The notes beneath the pieces were generated by a model that saw nothing but the letters and a program-made list of their open reading frames with translations, ran no database searches and was not told the origin of the DNA. The translations under genes and the position numbers were made by a program. A stretch of DNA of 64,000 nt from Euryarchaeota archaeon UBA106. Its GTDB lineage: Archaea > Thermoplasmatota > Poseidoniia > Poseidoniales > Thalassarchaeaceae. This document shows, piece after piece, positions 20,606-30,486 of the stretch (its first letter is position 1; each line of letters starts with the position of its first letter). The stretch covers positions 7,547 to 71,546 of the forward strand of contig DAOJ01000065.1 in NCBI GenBank assembly GCA_002502365.1, written 5' to 3'.

Positions 20606-20893
20606 TCAATCAGCGAGAACGGGCGAATCACCCGTGGCAATTTCCAGCTCGAGGCTTTCATTCTCATTCCTCTCGATCCATTCCATTTCTTCTTCGGGAA
20701 CATCAGTATCGGCAAAAATCGCTTCGACTGGGCATTCCGCAACACAGGCAGCACAATCAATGCATTCATCAGGGTCGATGACCAAATATGTGTCTGCTTC
20801 TTTGAAAGCCTCGACTGGACAAACTGCCACACAATCCTGATACTTGTGTCCAACACATGCGCTTGTAACTACGTGGGTCATCTTATCACTCAA
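20606..20893 (-). CDS. Ferredoxin (7Fe/2x[4Fe-4S]-type, CxxCxxC...CP motifs)
   Basis: [15 protein letters not shown] ... [12 protein letters not shown]. Confidence 0.85.
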   Translation of the reverse strand: MSDKMTHVVTSACVGHKYQDCVAVCPVEAFKEADTYLVIDPDECIDCAACVAECPVEAIFADTDVPEEEMEWIERNENESLELEIATGDSPVLAD

Positions 20894-20961
20894 ACCTCGG
20901 TGGGGGATTTAGCATAAGAATCCTTGTCAGCATTTGTAGTAAAACTCTCTCAAAGATGAGT

Positions 20962-21402
20962 TTATTCAGAGCTGGCAGTTTCTAGTAGAGCCGTAATTAT
21001 TTCGCTTGGTTTCTGGCCCGGATACGATTCAATTTTGAATCGACCTTTTACAGCATTTTTCCTTTCAGGGCCTTTTGCTAGTCTGTATTCTCCTGAGACC
21101 ATGGCAGATAAAGAAAGCCGGACATGCAAAACTTTGTCATCATCAATTTGAGATTTGAGTCCATTGCTGACAATTTCCTCCAAGACGTCCTCGCCTAATT
21201 TTAAAAAACTCAATTTGGCCGATTTCTTATTACTGATTTTCATTTCCAAAATAACCTGAGGTGCTCCGTGATACGACTTACTTTTCTCTCTAATTATTTC
21301 CGATTTTGTGTCGGAAAGATGCTTCATTGCTTGCTCAATTAGATCTATGTCATCAACACAACTACAATGTATCCTCCAAGATACGCTGTGGAATGCCATC
21401 AT
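20962..21402 (-). CDS. Hypothetical small protein (possibly UPF0201/RNA-binding-like)
   Basis: 146 aa from the first ATG (MMAFHSVSWRIH...). Divergently arranged with rps3ae. The family assignment is weak. Confidence 0.4.
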   Translation of the reverse strand: MMAFHSVSWRIHCSCVDDIDLIEQAMKHLSDTKSEIIREKSKSYHGAPQVILEMKISNKKSAKLSFLKLGEDVLEEIVSNGLKSQIDDDKVLHVRLSLSAMVSGEYRLAKGPERKNAVKGRFKIESYPGQKPSEIITALLETASSE

Positions 21403-21539
21403 TACCTCCAAGCATAGGCAGCCCTTGAAGAACTCCCTTTCGGCATTTGGAAAGTTAGAGTATAGGGGCTTTCATTCAAATACTGGATGTAGGTCGGCCG
21501 GTTTGCAAACGGGGTAGCCCCCGATACGAGGTGTTTCTC

Positions 21540-22481
21540 ATGGCAAAGGGCGCAAAAGCAAGGGCAGCGGCACGCAAACAGAGAGACAAGTGGAAGGCAA
21601 AGCGCTGGTACACAATTCGAGCACCTCGTAATCCTTGGTCATTCAGAGTCATTGGGGAAACCCTTGCAGAAGAGCCTGAGCAGTTGATTGGCCGCACCTA
21701 CGATATAATGCAGAATGAACTAGATGGTGACTTCTCAAAGATGCACGTACAGGTGATTTTCAGGATCACGGAAGCACTAGGTGGAGACGCACTAACCGAA
21801 TTCATAGGTCACAATGTTTTGAAAGACCATATTCGCCGTCAAATTCGCCGTCATCGAGGTAAGGTAGATGATACTGTTGATGTTGTTACCGAGGATGGTT
21901 ATTATGTCAGATTCAAGCCTTTACTTATTTCTCGATCAAGAGTTAAGTCCAGCCAAAAGTCCGCTATGAGAGCCAATGCACGTGATACAATCCTAACCAT
22001 GGGTGCAAGTTCCACTTGGATTCAATTACAAAAAGCTGTACTAGATGGCACAATGGAGGATGCAATCAAGGAATCAGTTTCCAAGGTCAGTCCTGTAAGG
22101 ACAGTAATGATTCGTCGAAGTCAATTACTTCAGAGTGGAGTAATAGTGGAAGATGGTCCTACATTGGACGAAATTCATGCCGAAGAAAAGGCAGCCGCGG
22201 CAGCAGCTGAAGTTGAAGAAGTAGACGTATTGGCTGCTGCAGAGGCTTCAGCAGAACTATCAGAAGTTGATGAGTCGAATGTTAGTGAGGATGTAGAATC
22301 CGAGGCAGAGGGTGATGATTCCGGAAATAATGAAGATTCAATCGACATTCCAGAGACTAATGATAACACAGAGCAAGATTACGACTCTATGACCGTAGCC
22401 GAATTAAAGCAATTACTCAAGGAAGCTGGAAAACCAGTTTCTGGTAAGAAAGCAGACTTAATTGCTCGACTGCAAGAGTAA
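21540..22481 (+). CDS. rps3ae: 30S ribosomal protein S3Ae (eS1) fused to an acidic low-complexity linker and a C-terminal SAP-like motif
   Basis: MAKGAKARAAARKQRDKWKAKRWYTIRAPRNPW...: classic S3Ae N-terminus and core (~205 aa). Then an E/D/A-rich ~75-aa linker. Then MTVAELKQLLKEAGKPVSGKKADLIARLQE (SAP consensus L..L.V.ELR..L...GL...G.K..LI.RL). Confidence 0.85.
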   Translation: MAKGAKARAAARKQRDKWKAKRWYTIRAPRNPWSFRVIGETLAEEPEQLIGRTYDIMQNELDGDFSKMHVQVIFRITEALGGDALTEFIGHNVLKDHIRRQIRRHRGKVDDTVDVVTEDGYYVRFKPLLISRSRVKSSQKSAMRANARDTILTMGASSTWIQLQKAVLDGTMEDAIKESVSKVSPVRTVMIRRSQLLQSGVIVEDGPTLDEIHAEEKAAAAAAEVEEVDVLAAAEASAELSEVDESNVSEDVESEAEGDDSGNNEDSIDIPETNDNTEQDYDSMTVAELKQLLKEAGKPVSGKKADLIARLQE

Positions 22482-22520
22482 TGATAAAGTGGGCAGGAAG
22501 CCCATTTCATCATCAGAGGG

Positions 22521-23285
22521 TTGGTTAGTTTGGCAAGATTAGCGGTGGTAAGTGGGACTGGAATGTCTGCACTCGCTGATGAATTATTAGATTTTGGAGG
22601 GACTCAAAACACCATCCGTGTAGATTCAAAATGGGGTCAAGTTCCATGTATTGTAATTAAAACAAAAAAGCATTCAATTTTACTAATCGATAGACATCAT
22701 TGTGAGGGTGATGAAAGAACTCCGCCTCATGAAATTGAACACAGGGCAAATATTCATGCAGCCAAATCATTTACTCCAAATTTAATTTTAAGTGTAAATT
22801 CTGTTGGTTCAATGATAGAAGAATTGCCTCCAGGGAATATTGGTGTAGCAGGAGATGTACTCGATCTGGCTGTTAGGCCTTGGACATTTCATGACGATGA
22901 TGCGATTCATGCAGACAGAACCTCGATTTTTGACACAAATGCAAGTTTAATTTGTTCCAATTCACTTTCCAATAGTCAAGAAAATACACCAATCGGAATT
23001 ATTGTTGCACAGTGTGTAGGCCCCCAATTCGAATCACCATCAGAAATTGATGCACTTGTCAGGTTAGGGGCCGATGTTGTCGGAATGACACTTGGCCCTG
23101 AATCGCGACTAATCGCAGAAACCGGTATCCCACATGTGGCAATTTCTTGCTCTTCAAATTGGGCTGCCGGAAGGACACCCGGCGACCCGTCTGCGGAAAT
23201 AGATCACCATGCCGTTGATGCAATGGCTGCAACTCTAAGAGCTAGGGTGAAAGATTGTATTATTGCATTATTAGATAATTATTGA
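22521..23285 (+). CDS. 5'-methylthioadenosine/purine nucleoside phosphorylase family (MTAP/PNP-I)
   Basis: Gly-rich N-terminus (LAVVSGTG), VGMTLGPE...LIAETGIPHVAISCSSN typical of MTAP/PNP. Start is probably a TTG (22521 or 22530). Confidence 0.7.
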   Translation: MVSLARLAVVSGTGMSALADELLDFGGTQNTIRVDSKWGQVPCIVIKTKKHSILLIDRHHCEGDERTPPHEIEHRANIHAAKSFTPNLILSVNSVGSMIEELPPGNIGVAGDVLDLAVRPWTFHDDDAIHADRTSIFDTNASLICSNSLSNSQENTPIGIIVAQCVGPQFESPSEIDALVRLGADVVGMTLGPESRLIAETGIPHVAISCSSNWAAGRTPGDPSAEIDHHAVDAMAATLRARVKDCIIALLDNY

Positions 23286-23294
23286 GGGTTAAAT

Positions 23295-23597
23295 TTGCGT
23301 GACCAAAGGATAGGTTTAGCCCTTCTTGTAATAGCAATAATTCTATTCGCATATTCTATTGATCGTATGGATTATTGGGACCAAGCAGACAAAGCTTACG
23401 AGAAAGAATGTCTGCCTCATAATAATCCTCAGCCAAACGCGGAAATCTGTCAGGAATTGGAAAATGAAGCAAATTCTCGATTAACCAAATTTTCTCTAAT
23501 ATTATTTTCATCAATTGTAATGTCGCTTATTGGTCTTGTATATCTTCTTCCTCAGGGGGATGAGTACCCTAAATCTCCACCAGGTGGAAGGTTCTAG
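23295..23597 (+). CDS. Small two-TM membrane protein, hypothetical
   Basis: TTG-initiated ORF with two hydrophobic helices (LALLVIAIILFAYSI; LILFSSIVMSLIGLVYLL). Confidence 0.3.
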   Translation: MRDQRIGLALLVIAIILFAYSIDRMDYWDQADKAYEKECLPHNNPQPNAEICQELENEANSRLTKFSLILFSSIVMSLIGLVYLLPQGDEYPKSPPGGRF

Positions 23598-23639
23598 GGG
23601 ATTAGACAATTTGATGGTTCTCCAACATCTGGGCGCTCT

Positions 23640-24029
23640 ATGGAAAGGCTCCTGAGTGTAGATGATTGGAAGGAAATTGATTGGAATTCTAAGCCCGATG
23701 GCTCTTGGTCTACCATGATGGCTAGGGTTGCCGCTTTCCATAGTAAACACGATTTCGCCAACCCTGAGAATAATGGTCATGATATGGGTTACCGTGTGGC
23801 CCTAACCGTTGAGGAATTAGGTGAGTTTGCAGCGGCAATCACCAAAGGAAAGCCTAAGGAAGAAGCCTCCGAAGAACTAGCAGATTTGTTGATTTTGATT
23901 CTTGGCCACTCTCTTGCAATGCACATTGATTTGGAATCCGAATTCCATACCAAAATGGACAAAATAATGCAAAGAAAAGCCAGAAGAGGAAACTTGGGAA
24001 TTAGAGTAACAGAATACGACGGAGAATGA
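23640..24029 (+). CDS. MazG-like nucleotide pyrophosphohydrolase (all-alpha NTP-PPase)
   Basis: LTVEELGEFAAAITKGKPKEEASEELADLLILILGHSLAMHIDLESEF: EExxE...EELADLL...GIDLE MazG signature. Confidence 0.7.
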   Translation: MERLLSVDDWKEIDWNSKPDGSWSTMMARVAAFHSKHDFANPENNGHDMGYRVALTVEELGEFAAAITKGKPKEEASEELADLLILILGHSLAMHIDLESEFHTKMDKIMQRKARRGNLGIRVTEYDGE

Positions 24030-24117
24030 ATTTGGATAAAATTCTACACCTGTCATAATAAATCTCGTACTCAATTTTATTAGATTTTTTTAAATTGTTA
24101 ATAATGTCGGGTCAACT

Positions 24118-25290
24118 ATGGCGTTGGACATACAAACCGCTCAAGATGATGAAGAATCGAATCCAAAAGTCGACTCTGAAACTTATGATGTAATTATCGT
24201 CGGAGCAGGTGCAGCGGGAATCGGTGTTGGAATTGCTATTGCTCATGCAGGAATTGAGAACTTCCTGATTGTTGATAGAGATACAGTAGGTTCCTCTTTT
24301 TCTTCATGGCCAGAAGAGACTCGATTCATTACGCCCTCATTTCCCAGTAATTCTATTGGAATGCTAGATCTAAATTCGATTGCAATCGGGATATCTCCCG
24401 CATTTAGCATGAAGGTTGAGCACCCTACTGGTAAAGAATACGCCGAACACTTACAGGATATAGCTGAATATTTTGAGCTCCCAATTTTAGAAAATACAAA
24501 TGTAGATTCTATAGAGAAAATCGACGGTTTATTTCATCTAAATATTGGTGACAGTAACTTGCTGGCGAAGAATGTAATTTGGGCTGCAGGGGAATATCAA
24601 TATCCACTTTTGGATGGATTTGAAGGTGTTGAATTATGTAGGCATACGGCAACAGTTTCGAGATATGCAGATTTACAAGGGGACAATTTTCTAATTATCG
24701 GGGGATACGAAAGTGGAATAGATGCTGCATATCATCTTGCTAATAATGGTAAAAAGGTGGTATTATTCGACATTAACAGCCCATGGGACGAAGAAAGTTC
24801 AGATCCAAGTATTACTTTGTCTACCTTTTCATTCGAACGAATGAGAAATTCCAATTTTGAAAATAATGTTAGATTAAACCCGCAGACTCAGGTAAAATCA
24901 GTCAATATATTAGATGGAACATACGAAGTCAGAACTCAAGATGGGCAAGTCTTCAGTTCTGATTCTAAGCCTCTATTCGCAGGCGGATTCGACGGAAGTC
25001 ACAAATTCGTGTCAAATTTATTCGATGAAAGAGAAGATGGATTCCCCCTACTGAATGATAGTGACGAATCAACTATAGTTCCTGGTATGTACCTCTGTGG
25101 TCCATCAGTTCGTCATGACGGTCATATTTTTTGTTTCATTTTCAAATATAGACAACGGTTTGCAATCGTCGCACAAGCAATTGCATCGTCCCTAGATATT
25201 GATACCGATGAATTCGTTGAGGCTTACAGGGGTTGGGGGATGTATTTAGACGATTTATCCTGTTGCGGACAGGAGTGTTTGACATGTTGA
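24118..25290 (+). CDS. FAD/NAD(P)-binding oxidoreductase (flavin monooxygenase/CzcO-like)
   Basis: YDVIIVGAGAAGIGVGIAIA Rossmann GxGxxG at the N-terminus. A second nucleotide-binding stretch FLIIGGYESGIDAAYHL. Confidence 0.7.
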   Translation: MALDIQTAQDDEESNPKVDSETYDVIIVGAGAAGIGVGIAIAHAGIENFLIVDRDTVGSSFSSWPEETRFITPSFPSNSIGMLDLNSIAIGISPAFSMKVEHPTGKEYAEHLQDIAEYFELPILENTNVDSIEKIDGLFHLNIGDSNLLAKNVIWAAGEYQYPLLDGFEGVELCRHTATVSRYADLQGDNFLIIGGYESGIDAAYHLANNGKKVVLFDINSPWDEESSDPSITLSTFSFERMRNSNFENNVRLNPQTQVKSVNILDGTYEVRTQDGQVFSSDSKPLFAGGFDGSHKFVSNLFDEREDGFPLLNDSDESTIVPGMYLCGPSVRHDGHIFCFIFKYRQRFAIVAQAIASSLDIDTDEFVEAYRGWGMYLDDLSCCGQECLTC

Positions 25291-25484
25291 AGGGAAATGA
25301 AACTCGAATAGGAAAAATTCTGAGTATTGAATGGCTTGGACAAACCCTTGCAAGTCTATGCTGGATTATCAGTGTATTCGTATACGAAATTGAAGGCCCT
25401 GGTGATTGGTTACAATTGGGGGCTGCTTCATTTTGGATGATGTCAAACATTTCGGCAATATTTAGCATAAAACAACATGGCTAA
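25285..25484 (+). CDS. Small two-TM membrane protein (66 aa), hypothetical
   Basis: ATG at 25285 (MLKGNETRIGKILSIEWLGQTLASLCWIISVFVYEI...). Overlaps the 3' end of the upstream gene by 6 nt. Confidence 0.3.
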
Positions 25485-25524
25485 TAATTCAGAATCCGCA
25501 GCCAACTGAACCATGATTATATCC

Positions 25525-25926
25525 TTAATGAAAAGTTTTTGTTCTCTTTTCCATAGTATATTCTGCTATCCACAAACTAACCCATATTCCCGCTAATTGC
25601 AATGTTAGTCTCACTAAATTTCCTAATTCCGTTAATGATTCACCATCGCCCAGTTCGACTGAAAATATCCACATGTATAGATTTGCAGGATATAGCCAAA
25701 CCAACATAGCAGCACTTGCAAAACCACCAATTCCTCTTAATGAGGGGATTATGAGTAAAGTTCCTACAACAATCTCTACAATTCCACTAAGTATTACCCA
25801 AAATTTAGCAGAACCAAGGAATGGTGGTACAATTGGCTCGAACCATTCAGTATCTGTGAAATGCAAAATTCCGACATATACAAAAAACGAACCACCGATA
25901 ATTGCGAACAAGTCGCGTGAATTCAT
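25525..25926 (-). CDS. Integral membrane protein (DoxX-like?), hypothetical
   Basis: Four hydrophobic helices. Internal ATG (MNSRDLFAIIGG) at 25926 abuts the folA stop; the track start at 25968 would overlap folA. Confidence 0.5.
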   Translation of the reverse strand: MNSRDLFAIIGGSFFVYVGILHFTDTEWFEPIVPPFLGSAKFWVILSGIVEIVVGTLLIIPSLRGIGGFASAAMLVWLYPANLYMWIFSVELGDGESLTELGNLVRLTLQLAGIWVSLWIAEYTMEKRTKTFH

Positions 25927-25927
25927 A

Positions 25928-26437
25928 TCATCGCCTAGTCCAGATGGAATATGTAGTGTCGTATTCATTGTTGGAGTCTAATTGCAATTTTTCGATAACT
26001 TCCTCAGACCATTCAGACCTATTCCAGTAGGGGAATTTTACTTCACCACTCTCTGTGGTTTTGACGGTTGTAAGATGAATTTCTTCTACTCGATCAAGGA
26101 ACATTTGGTAAATCTGAGCCCCGCCAATAATCCAGCATTCATCGCAACCATCTGCATAGGCGATTTCTATTGCTCGACCGATATATAGAGCAGTTTCTGC
26201 TCCATCTGCTTCCCATCCGGTGTCTCTTGACATGACGATGTTCAATCTCTCAGGTAATGGCCTATACGCTTCGGGGAGTGAATCCCAAGTTTTTCTTCCC
26301 ATTATTACAGCGTTAAATCCATCTCCTTCAGTCAATTGTTTGAATCGAGCCATATCAGAAGCCAGACGCCATGGAAGGCCTTCTCCTCTTCCTATACAGC
26401 CATCTTCATCCATCGCCACAATCATTGCCATTCGCAT
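25928..26437 (-). CDS. folA: Dihydrofolate reductase
   Basis: MIVAMDEDGCIGRGEGLPWRLASDMARFKQLTEG..VIMGRKTWDSLPEAYRPLPERLNIVMSRD...WIIGGAQIY is the canonical DHFR. Confidence 0.9.
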   Translation of the reverse strand: MRMAMIVAMDEDGCIGRGEGLPWRLASDMARFKQLTEGDGFNAVIMGRKTWDSLPEAYRPLPERLNIVMSRDTGWEADGAETALYIGRAIEIAYADGCDECWIIGGAQIYQMFLDRVEEIHLTTVKTTESGEVKFPYWNRSEWSEEVIEKLQLDSNNEYDTTYSIWTRR

Positions 26438-26446
26438 ATTTATTCC

Positions 26447-27241
26447 TCAAACTGATATAGGTGCAGAGATGTGTGGGTGATGCTCATAATTGAGAATTTC
26501 AATACTTTCAGCAGTAAACTCATCAATTTCTGAGATAGTCTCATCTAACTTGAGTTTAGGCAATGGAAGTGGTTTCCTAGAAATTTGTTCCTTGGCTTGT
26601 TCTAAGTGATTTAGGTACAAATGACAATCTCCCCCAGTCCAGACAAATTCTCCTGGTTGCAAACCGCATACTTGAGCCATCATACAGGTCAGCAGGCTGT
26701 ATGATGAAATATTGAATGGGACTCCAAGAAAAGCATCAGCACTTCTTTGGTATAATTGACAGGACAATTTTCCTTCGTTGACATAGAATTGGAAAAAAGC
26801 ATGGCAAGGCATTAGCGCCATGTCTTCCAATTCACCAACATTCCAAGCTGAAACAATTATTCTTCGTGAATTCGGGTTCTGTTTGATCATTTCAATGGCG
26901 TTTTCAATTTGGTCAACGACCCTGCCATCATTAGTCTCCCATTTTCTCCATTGTTTTCCATAAACAGGTCCAAGGTCACCATCCTCGTCTGCCCATTCGT
27001 TCCATATACGGACATTATTTTCCTGTAGATAGGCAACGTTAGTATCTCCAGATAAAAACCACAACAGTTCATGGATGATACTAGGCCAGTGGAGCTTTTT
27101 TGTGGTAACCGCTGGAAAAGATTCAGTAAGGTCAAACCTCATTTGATGCCCAAAAACAGAGATTGTACCTGTGCCTGTACGGTCTGATTTTTCTACTCCC
27201 TCATCGAGTATTCGTTCGAGGAATGCTAGGTATTGCTCCAT
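26447..27241 (-). CDS. thyA: Thymidylate synthase (ThyA, bacterial type)
   Basis: [38 protein letters not shown]...[29 protein letters not shown]...DCHLY aligns almost residue-for-residue with E. coli ThyA. Forms a thyA-folA operon. Confidence 0.92.
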   Translation of the reverse strand: MEQYLAFLERILDEGVEKSDRTGTGTISVFGHQMRFDLTESFPAVTTKKLHWPSIIHELLWFLSGDTNVAYLQENNVRIWNEWADEDGDLGPVYGKQWRKWETNDGRVVDQIENAIEMIKQNPNSRRIIVSAWNVGELEDMALMPCHAFFQFYVNEGKLSCQLYQRSADAFLGVPFNISSYSLLTCMMAQVCGLQPGEFVWTGGDCHLYLNHLEQAKEQISRKPLPLPKLKLDETISEIDEFTAESIEILNYEHHPHISAPISV

Positions 27242-27320
27242 GGTTACTAGCATCGGACGCCATCTCAAGTCCATGAAGGATGCGGCACTCGTTACTCCGA
27301 TTCTGATCGTTAAATCTGTA

Positions 27321-28121
27321 TCATGGAGCCCCTAATTCTCTTAGATTCTCCATTAGTTGGTCTGTAAATTTCCGATACAATGATTTCATGATGGATCTTT
27401 GCCCGTGCTCATCTAACTTTACCAAATTGTCAACATCCCCGTCAGTGAAATTACCTCCTTCAGAGCTGGCTAACCAATCTGCAAACGTAATTGGAAAATC
27501 GATGTTAACTTGCACTTTCGCAAGTGGGTTGATTATTGCTGAACCCGGAGCCATAAAGTCCCTAGAACCAATTATTGCCATTGGTACAATTGGGACATTT
27601 GGGAACTTAGCCGCTAATCTTGCAACTCCTGTTTTCCCTCTCGATAAATAAGGTGCTTGCTTATTTCTTGAGCGGGTTCCTTCAGGAAAAATTCCCATTA
27701 TATTTCCACTTGACAATACGTCAACGGCACTAGTCAAGGCATCTCCTCCGCCTGATTCTCTATAGGTTTCAATTTGACCTGTTGAAGTCATTATTTTCTG
27801 AAATTTCCTATCTTCAAAGTGTTCTGCTTTAGCAAGATAGTGAACTGGTCTTCTTGCACCCATTATCTTGACGATTGGATCTATATGGGATGTATGGTTT
27901 CCTGTTAATATCGCGGGGCCGTTTTTTGGAATTCTTTCCAATCCTTGGTACCTCACGTTTGTGATTGACCTTACAAGAGGTGGAAGTACGTACATTAGGC
28001 CCCTGTAGAATATTGGAGTTGACTGTTGGTGACCTGAACCCTGTAAGCCAGTCAGGTCCGAAATGTTCTGCAAAGATGCCAAACTTAACTCGGCCATGGT
28101 ATGTCGAAGACTTAGAGGCAT
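27321..28121 (-). CDS. 1-acyl-sn-glycerol-3-phosphate acyltransferase family (PlsC/LPLAT)
   Basis: [13 protein letters not shown] (HxxxxD) and GIFPEGTRS motifs. Start is probably an internal ATG (28121 or 28097) rather than the track start at 28289. Confidence 0.75.
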   Translation of the reverse strand: MPLSLRHTMAELSLASLQNISDLTGLQGSGHQQSTPIFYRGLMYVLPPLVRSITNVRYQGLERIPKNGPAILTGNHTSHIDPIVKIMGARRPVHYLAKAEHFEDRKFQKIMTSTGQIETYRESGGGDALTSAVDVLSSGNIMGIFPEGTRSRNKQAPYLSRGKTGVARLAAKFPNVPIVPMAIIGSRDFMAPGSAIINPLAKVQVNIDFPITFADWLASSEGGNFTDGDVDNLVKLDEHGQRSIMKSLYRKFTDQLMENLRELGAP

Positions 28122-28176
28122 TATTTCTTTACGGAAGTCCGATGCCTTCTTTTGGAGTCCCCTACAGCGATTGATT

Positions 28177-29295
28177 GTGGTGAATCGCAGAGCGGTTAGC
28201 ATCGTGCTTTGTAGCATCTTAATCATACCCATTTCAACTCCTTCAGTTGTTGCAGAATGGGACGATGATAATTGGCTGAAAAACATCATTGGACCAGAAC
28301 GACTTGAGCTTGGAGACGAGTTTGGTTGTCATGGTTTTGAAGGAATAGATTTGAGAGAAGAGGCTTGGGTTATTCAGGGTTGCAGAGATTACCTAAGCGG
28401 TTTCACAGACGCATCCCGTTGGGGTGCTCCTCCGATTTCGTTCGGCCATCCAAACGGGCCAGTAACCGAAGATGTAGCCCGCTCGCTTTCAGATGCAGGT
28501 TTTTCTATTATTGGAGATAGAATCGAAGGCGATACCTATGGGTTAAATGTTGTAAATAGACTTACCAGCCTTGAGAAAGGCCAAGCGAATTTAACCGCTA
28601 TAGAAAACGCTGCAGAAGACAGTTTAGTCAGTTTGTATTGGATTGGTAGATGGCATGATGTGAACATCCGTGAAGATAAATCTGCAATATCCTTGATAAC
28701 TTCTCAGGAGGTTTGGTTTACAACTTGGGGGGAATGGTTTGGTCACAAGCAATCGGGTGAGTCTTTTGAACGAATTTTAGTCAATGACCCAACGATGAAA
28801 ACATATCGTATTTCTACTTTTGAAGAATCATCTTGGTCTGTCCCAGGAACTGCATTCTTTGAGTGGTCAGAACCGCCAATAAATATTCAATTCAACGGAG
28901 AAAATGCGATGATTATACCCAGTGGACAAAAGCATTTGATCACAGGAGTTCGCCCTGTTGAAGGTGGTGCATTTGTTACAGTAAAACCAGGTGTGTTCGT
29001 AGATTTTATTTTCGAATCAGAAAATATTTCTGTAAACCATAGTCCACAGTTAACATTCAATGGTTTACACCACTCAGTGAGTGTAGTTGGACATCATGTT
29101 ACAAATCTACATGACTGGACTTCTGATTTTCATGAATCTCCTCTTAGGTTTACTTGGTTAATTGAACGTCCCGCGGCACTGGAAATGGATTGGAGACTCC
29201 CTGTGTTGGCAATCGGGATTCTAATTTCCACTCCAATTGCAATCAAATGGGTTGTAGCCAGAGATAAAGAAAACGAAAATCAACGTTGGGATTAA
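28177..29295 (+). CDS. Exported protein with C-terminal membrane anchor, hypothetical
   Basis: GTG start giving signal peptide VNRRAVSIVLCSILIIPISTPSVVA|EWDDD. Large soluble domain. C-terminal TM LPVLAIGILISTPIAIKWVV. Confidence 0.55.
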   Translation: MVNRRAVSIVLCSILIIPISTPSVVAEWDDDNWLKNIIGPERLELGDEFGCHGFEGIDLREEAWVIQGCRDYLSGFTDASRWGAPPISFGHPNGPVTEDVARSLSDAGFSIIGDRIEGDTYGLNVVNRLTSLEKGQANLTAIENAAEDSLVSLYWIGRWHDVNIREDKSAISLITSQEVWFTTWGEWFGHKQSGESFERILVNDPTMKTYRISTFEESSWSVPGTAFFEWSEPPINIQFNGENAMIIPSGQKHLITGVRPVEGGAFVTVKPGVFVDFIFESENISVNHSPQLTFNGLHHSVSVVGHHVTNLHDWTSDFHESPLRFTWLIERPAALEMDWRLPVLAIGILISTPIAIKWVVARDKENENQRWD

Positions 29296-29296
29296 C

Positions 29297-29330
29297 TAAT
29301 TTACAAACATCCAAAGAACATATCCTGATG
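29297..29330 (+). terminator. Hairpin plus oligo-T downstream of 28177..29295
   Basis: AACAT-atcctg-ATGTT followed by TTTTTT, between convergent genes. Confidence 0.35.
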
Positions 29331-29346
29331 TTTTTTCTAAGTTAGA

Positions 29347-30399
29347 TTATATTTCCGGCCCATCAATTCGTATATTGTTCAATTTCATAACGTTGATAAT
29401 TTTAGAAATAGTTTCATTTCCCAATGTTTCTGGTGCATGGACGCCTACAGGTAACATGTCTGGATCTTCTAACCAGGCTTCTACACAACACGCCGTCACC
29501 ATTCCAGTTGCTCTAGCCATAGAATGACCATCGTCTCCTCCATGGTCCTCGACTTCCCACTCGAAAATTTCACCATTTCTCGACTCAGCTCTAACCTTCA
29601 TCCAAGTAAATTCAGGGATCTTGTGGTCATAACTCCACTCGAAAATCAATTCGTCTTCATTCAAATCACCAGATTCTCTTTCGTCGATAAATTTCTGAAT
29701 ATGGCCCGGCCATCGGACGGTGAATTCGGACATCTCAACCGCTGGAATTGATTTCAGTACAGAACGTAATCCATCTGTTAGAAAAGCCTCCATTTCACCA
29801 TGCTCTCCGGTATCAACCATATGGCGCTGAGTTAAGGCTGGAAGAACGACTTCTTCTCCTTGGCGAATAACCCTAGCTGGCCTAGTATATTCTGCAATTA
29901 CATCAATGGGGGAAAATGGAGCCATATACTTCCATTCCCCATACGGTCCCGTAGGGTTTCCACCTACCCAAACTTCGGCTTTCTCTAAAGGCCCAATTGC
30001 TCTATCAGCATAGGCTAACAACATATTGGATAAACCGGGTGCTATACCTACGTCCCAGAGAATACTAGCCCCGTAATCCTGTGCTTTTTGGTTATCTCTG
30101 TCAGGTGTATGTTTACTGAAACTTAAATCCACTAGTCGATATCTACTTTCAGCGAGATCGGTTGTTGCCATATGTCCGATATCACCGGGTAACATATTCA
30201 CAACAATGTCAACTTGACCATTGTTGCTCATAGACATCAGGTTATCTAAAACATCGCCTTGATGTACCGTAATTCCTTCAATGCCCATTACTCGATGGGG
30301 CTGAATGTCATAGGCGTGAACTTGGTGTCCCAGTGCAGCTAGACGTTTTGCAACCCAAGCTCCCACTAACCCGCAACCTAAGCAATGAACCACAGCCAT
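29347..30399 (-). CDS. Saccharopine dehydrogenase-like NAD(P)-binding oxidoreductase
   Basis: MAVVHCLGCGLVGAWVAKRLAALGHQVHAYDI Rossmann N-terminus and overall Sacchrp_dh-like layout. Confidence 0.6.
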   Translation of the reverse strand: MAVVHCLGCGLVGAWVAKRLAALGHQVHAYDIQPHRVMGIEGITVHQGDVLDNLMSMSNNGQVDIVVNMLPGDIGHMATTDLAESRYRLVDLSFSKHTPDRDNQKAQDYGASILWDVGIAPGLSNMLLAYADRAIGPLEKAEVWVGGNPTGPYGEWKYMAPFSPIDVIAEYTRPARVIRQGEEVVLPALTQRHMVDTGEHGEMEAFLTDGLRSVLKSIPAVEMSEFTVRWPGHIQKFIDERESGDLNEDELIFEWSYDHKIPEFTWMKVRAESRNGEIFEWEVEDHGGDDGHSMARATGMVTACCVEAWLEDPDMLPVGVHAPETLGNETISKIINVMKLNNIRIDGPEI

Positions 30400-30486
30400 G
30401 ATTGCCGAAAGCCGGTTAAGTTATTGATTAGTTCCAGTTGGCTATCTGAGGCATTTTTGAAGCGATTACTTGATTGAGGAGAGCAT

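Noticed and set aside
22482-22530. Possible C/D-box sRNA (TGATGA on minus strand) or terminator hairpin TGGGC-agga-GCCCA after rps3ae
   Set aside because: No matching D box (CTGA) at the appropriate spacing and no guide-like region. The hairpin is short and lacks a T-tract. Kept only as a note.
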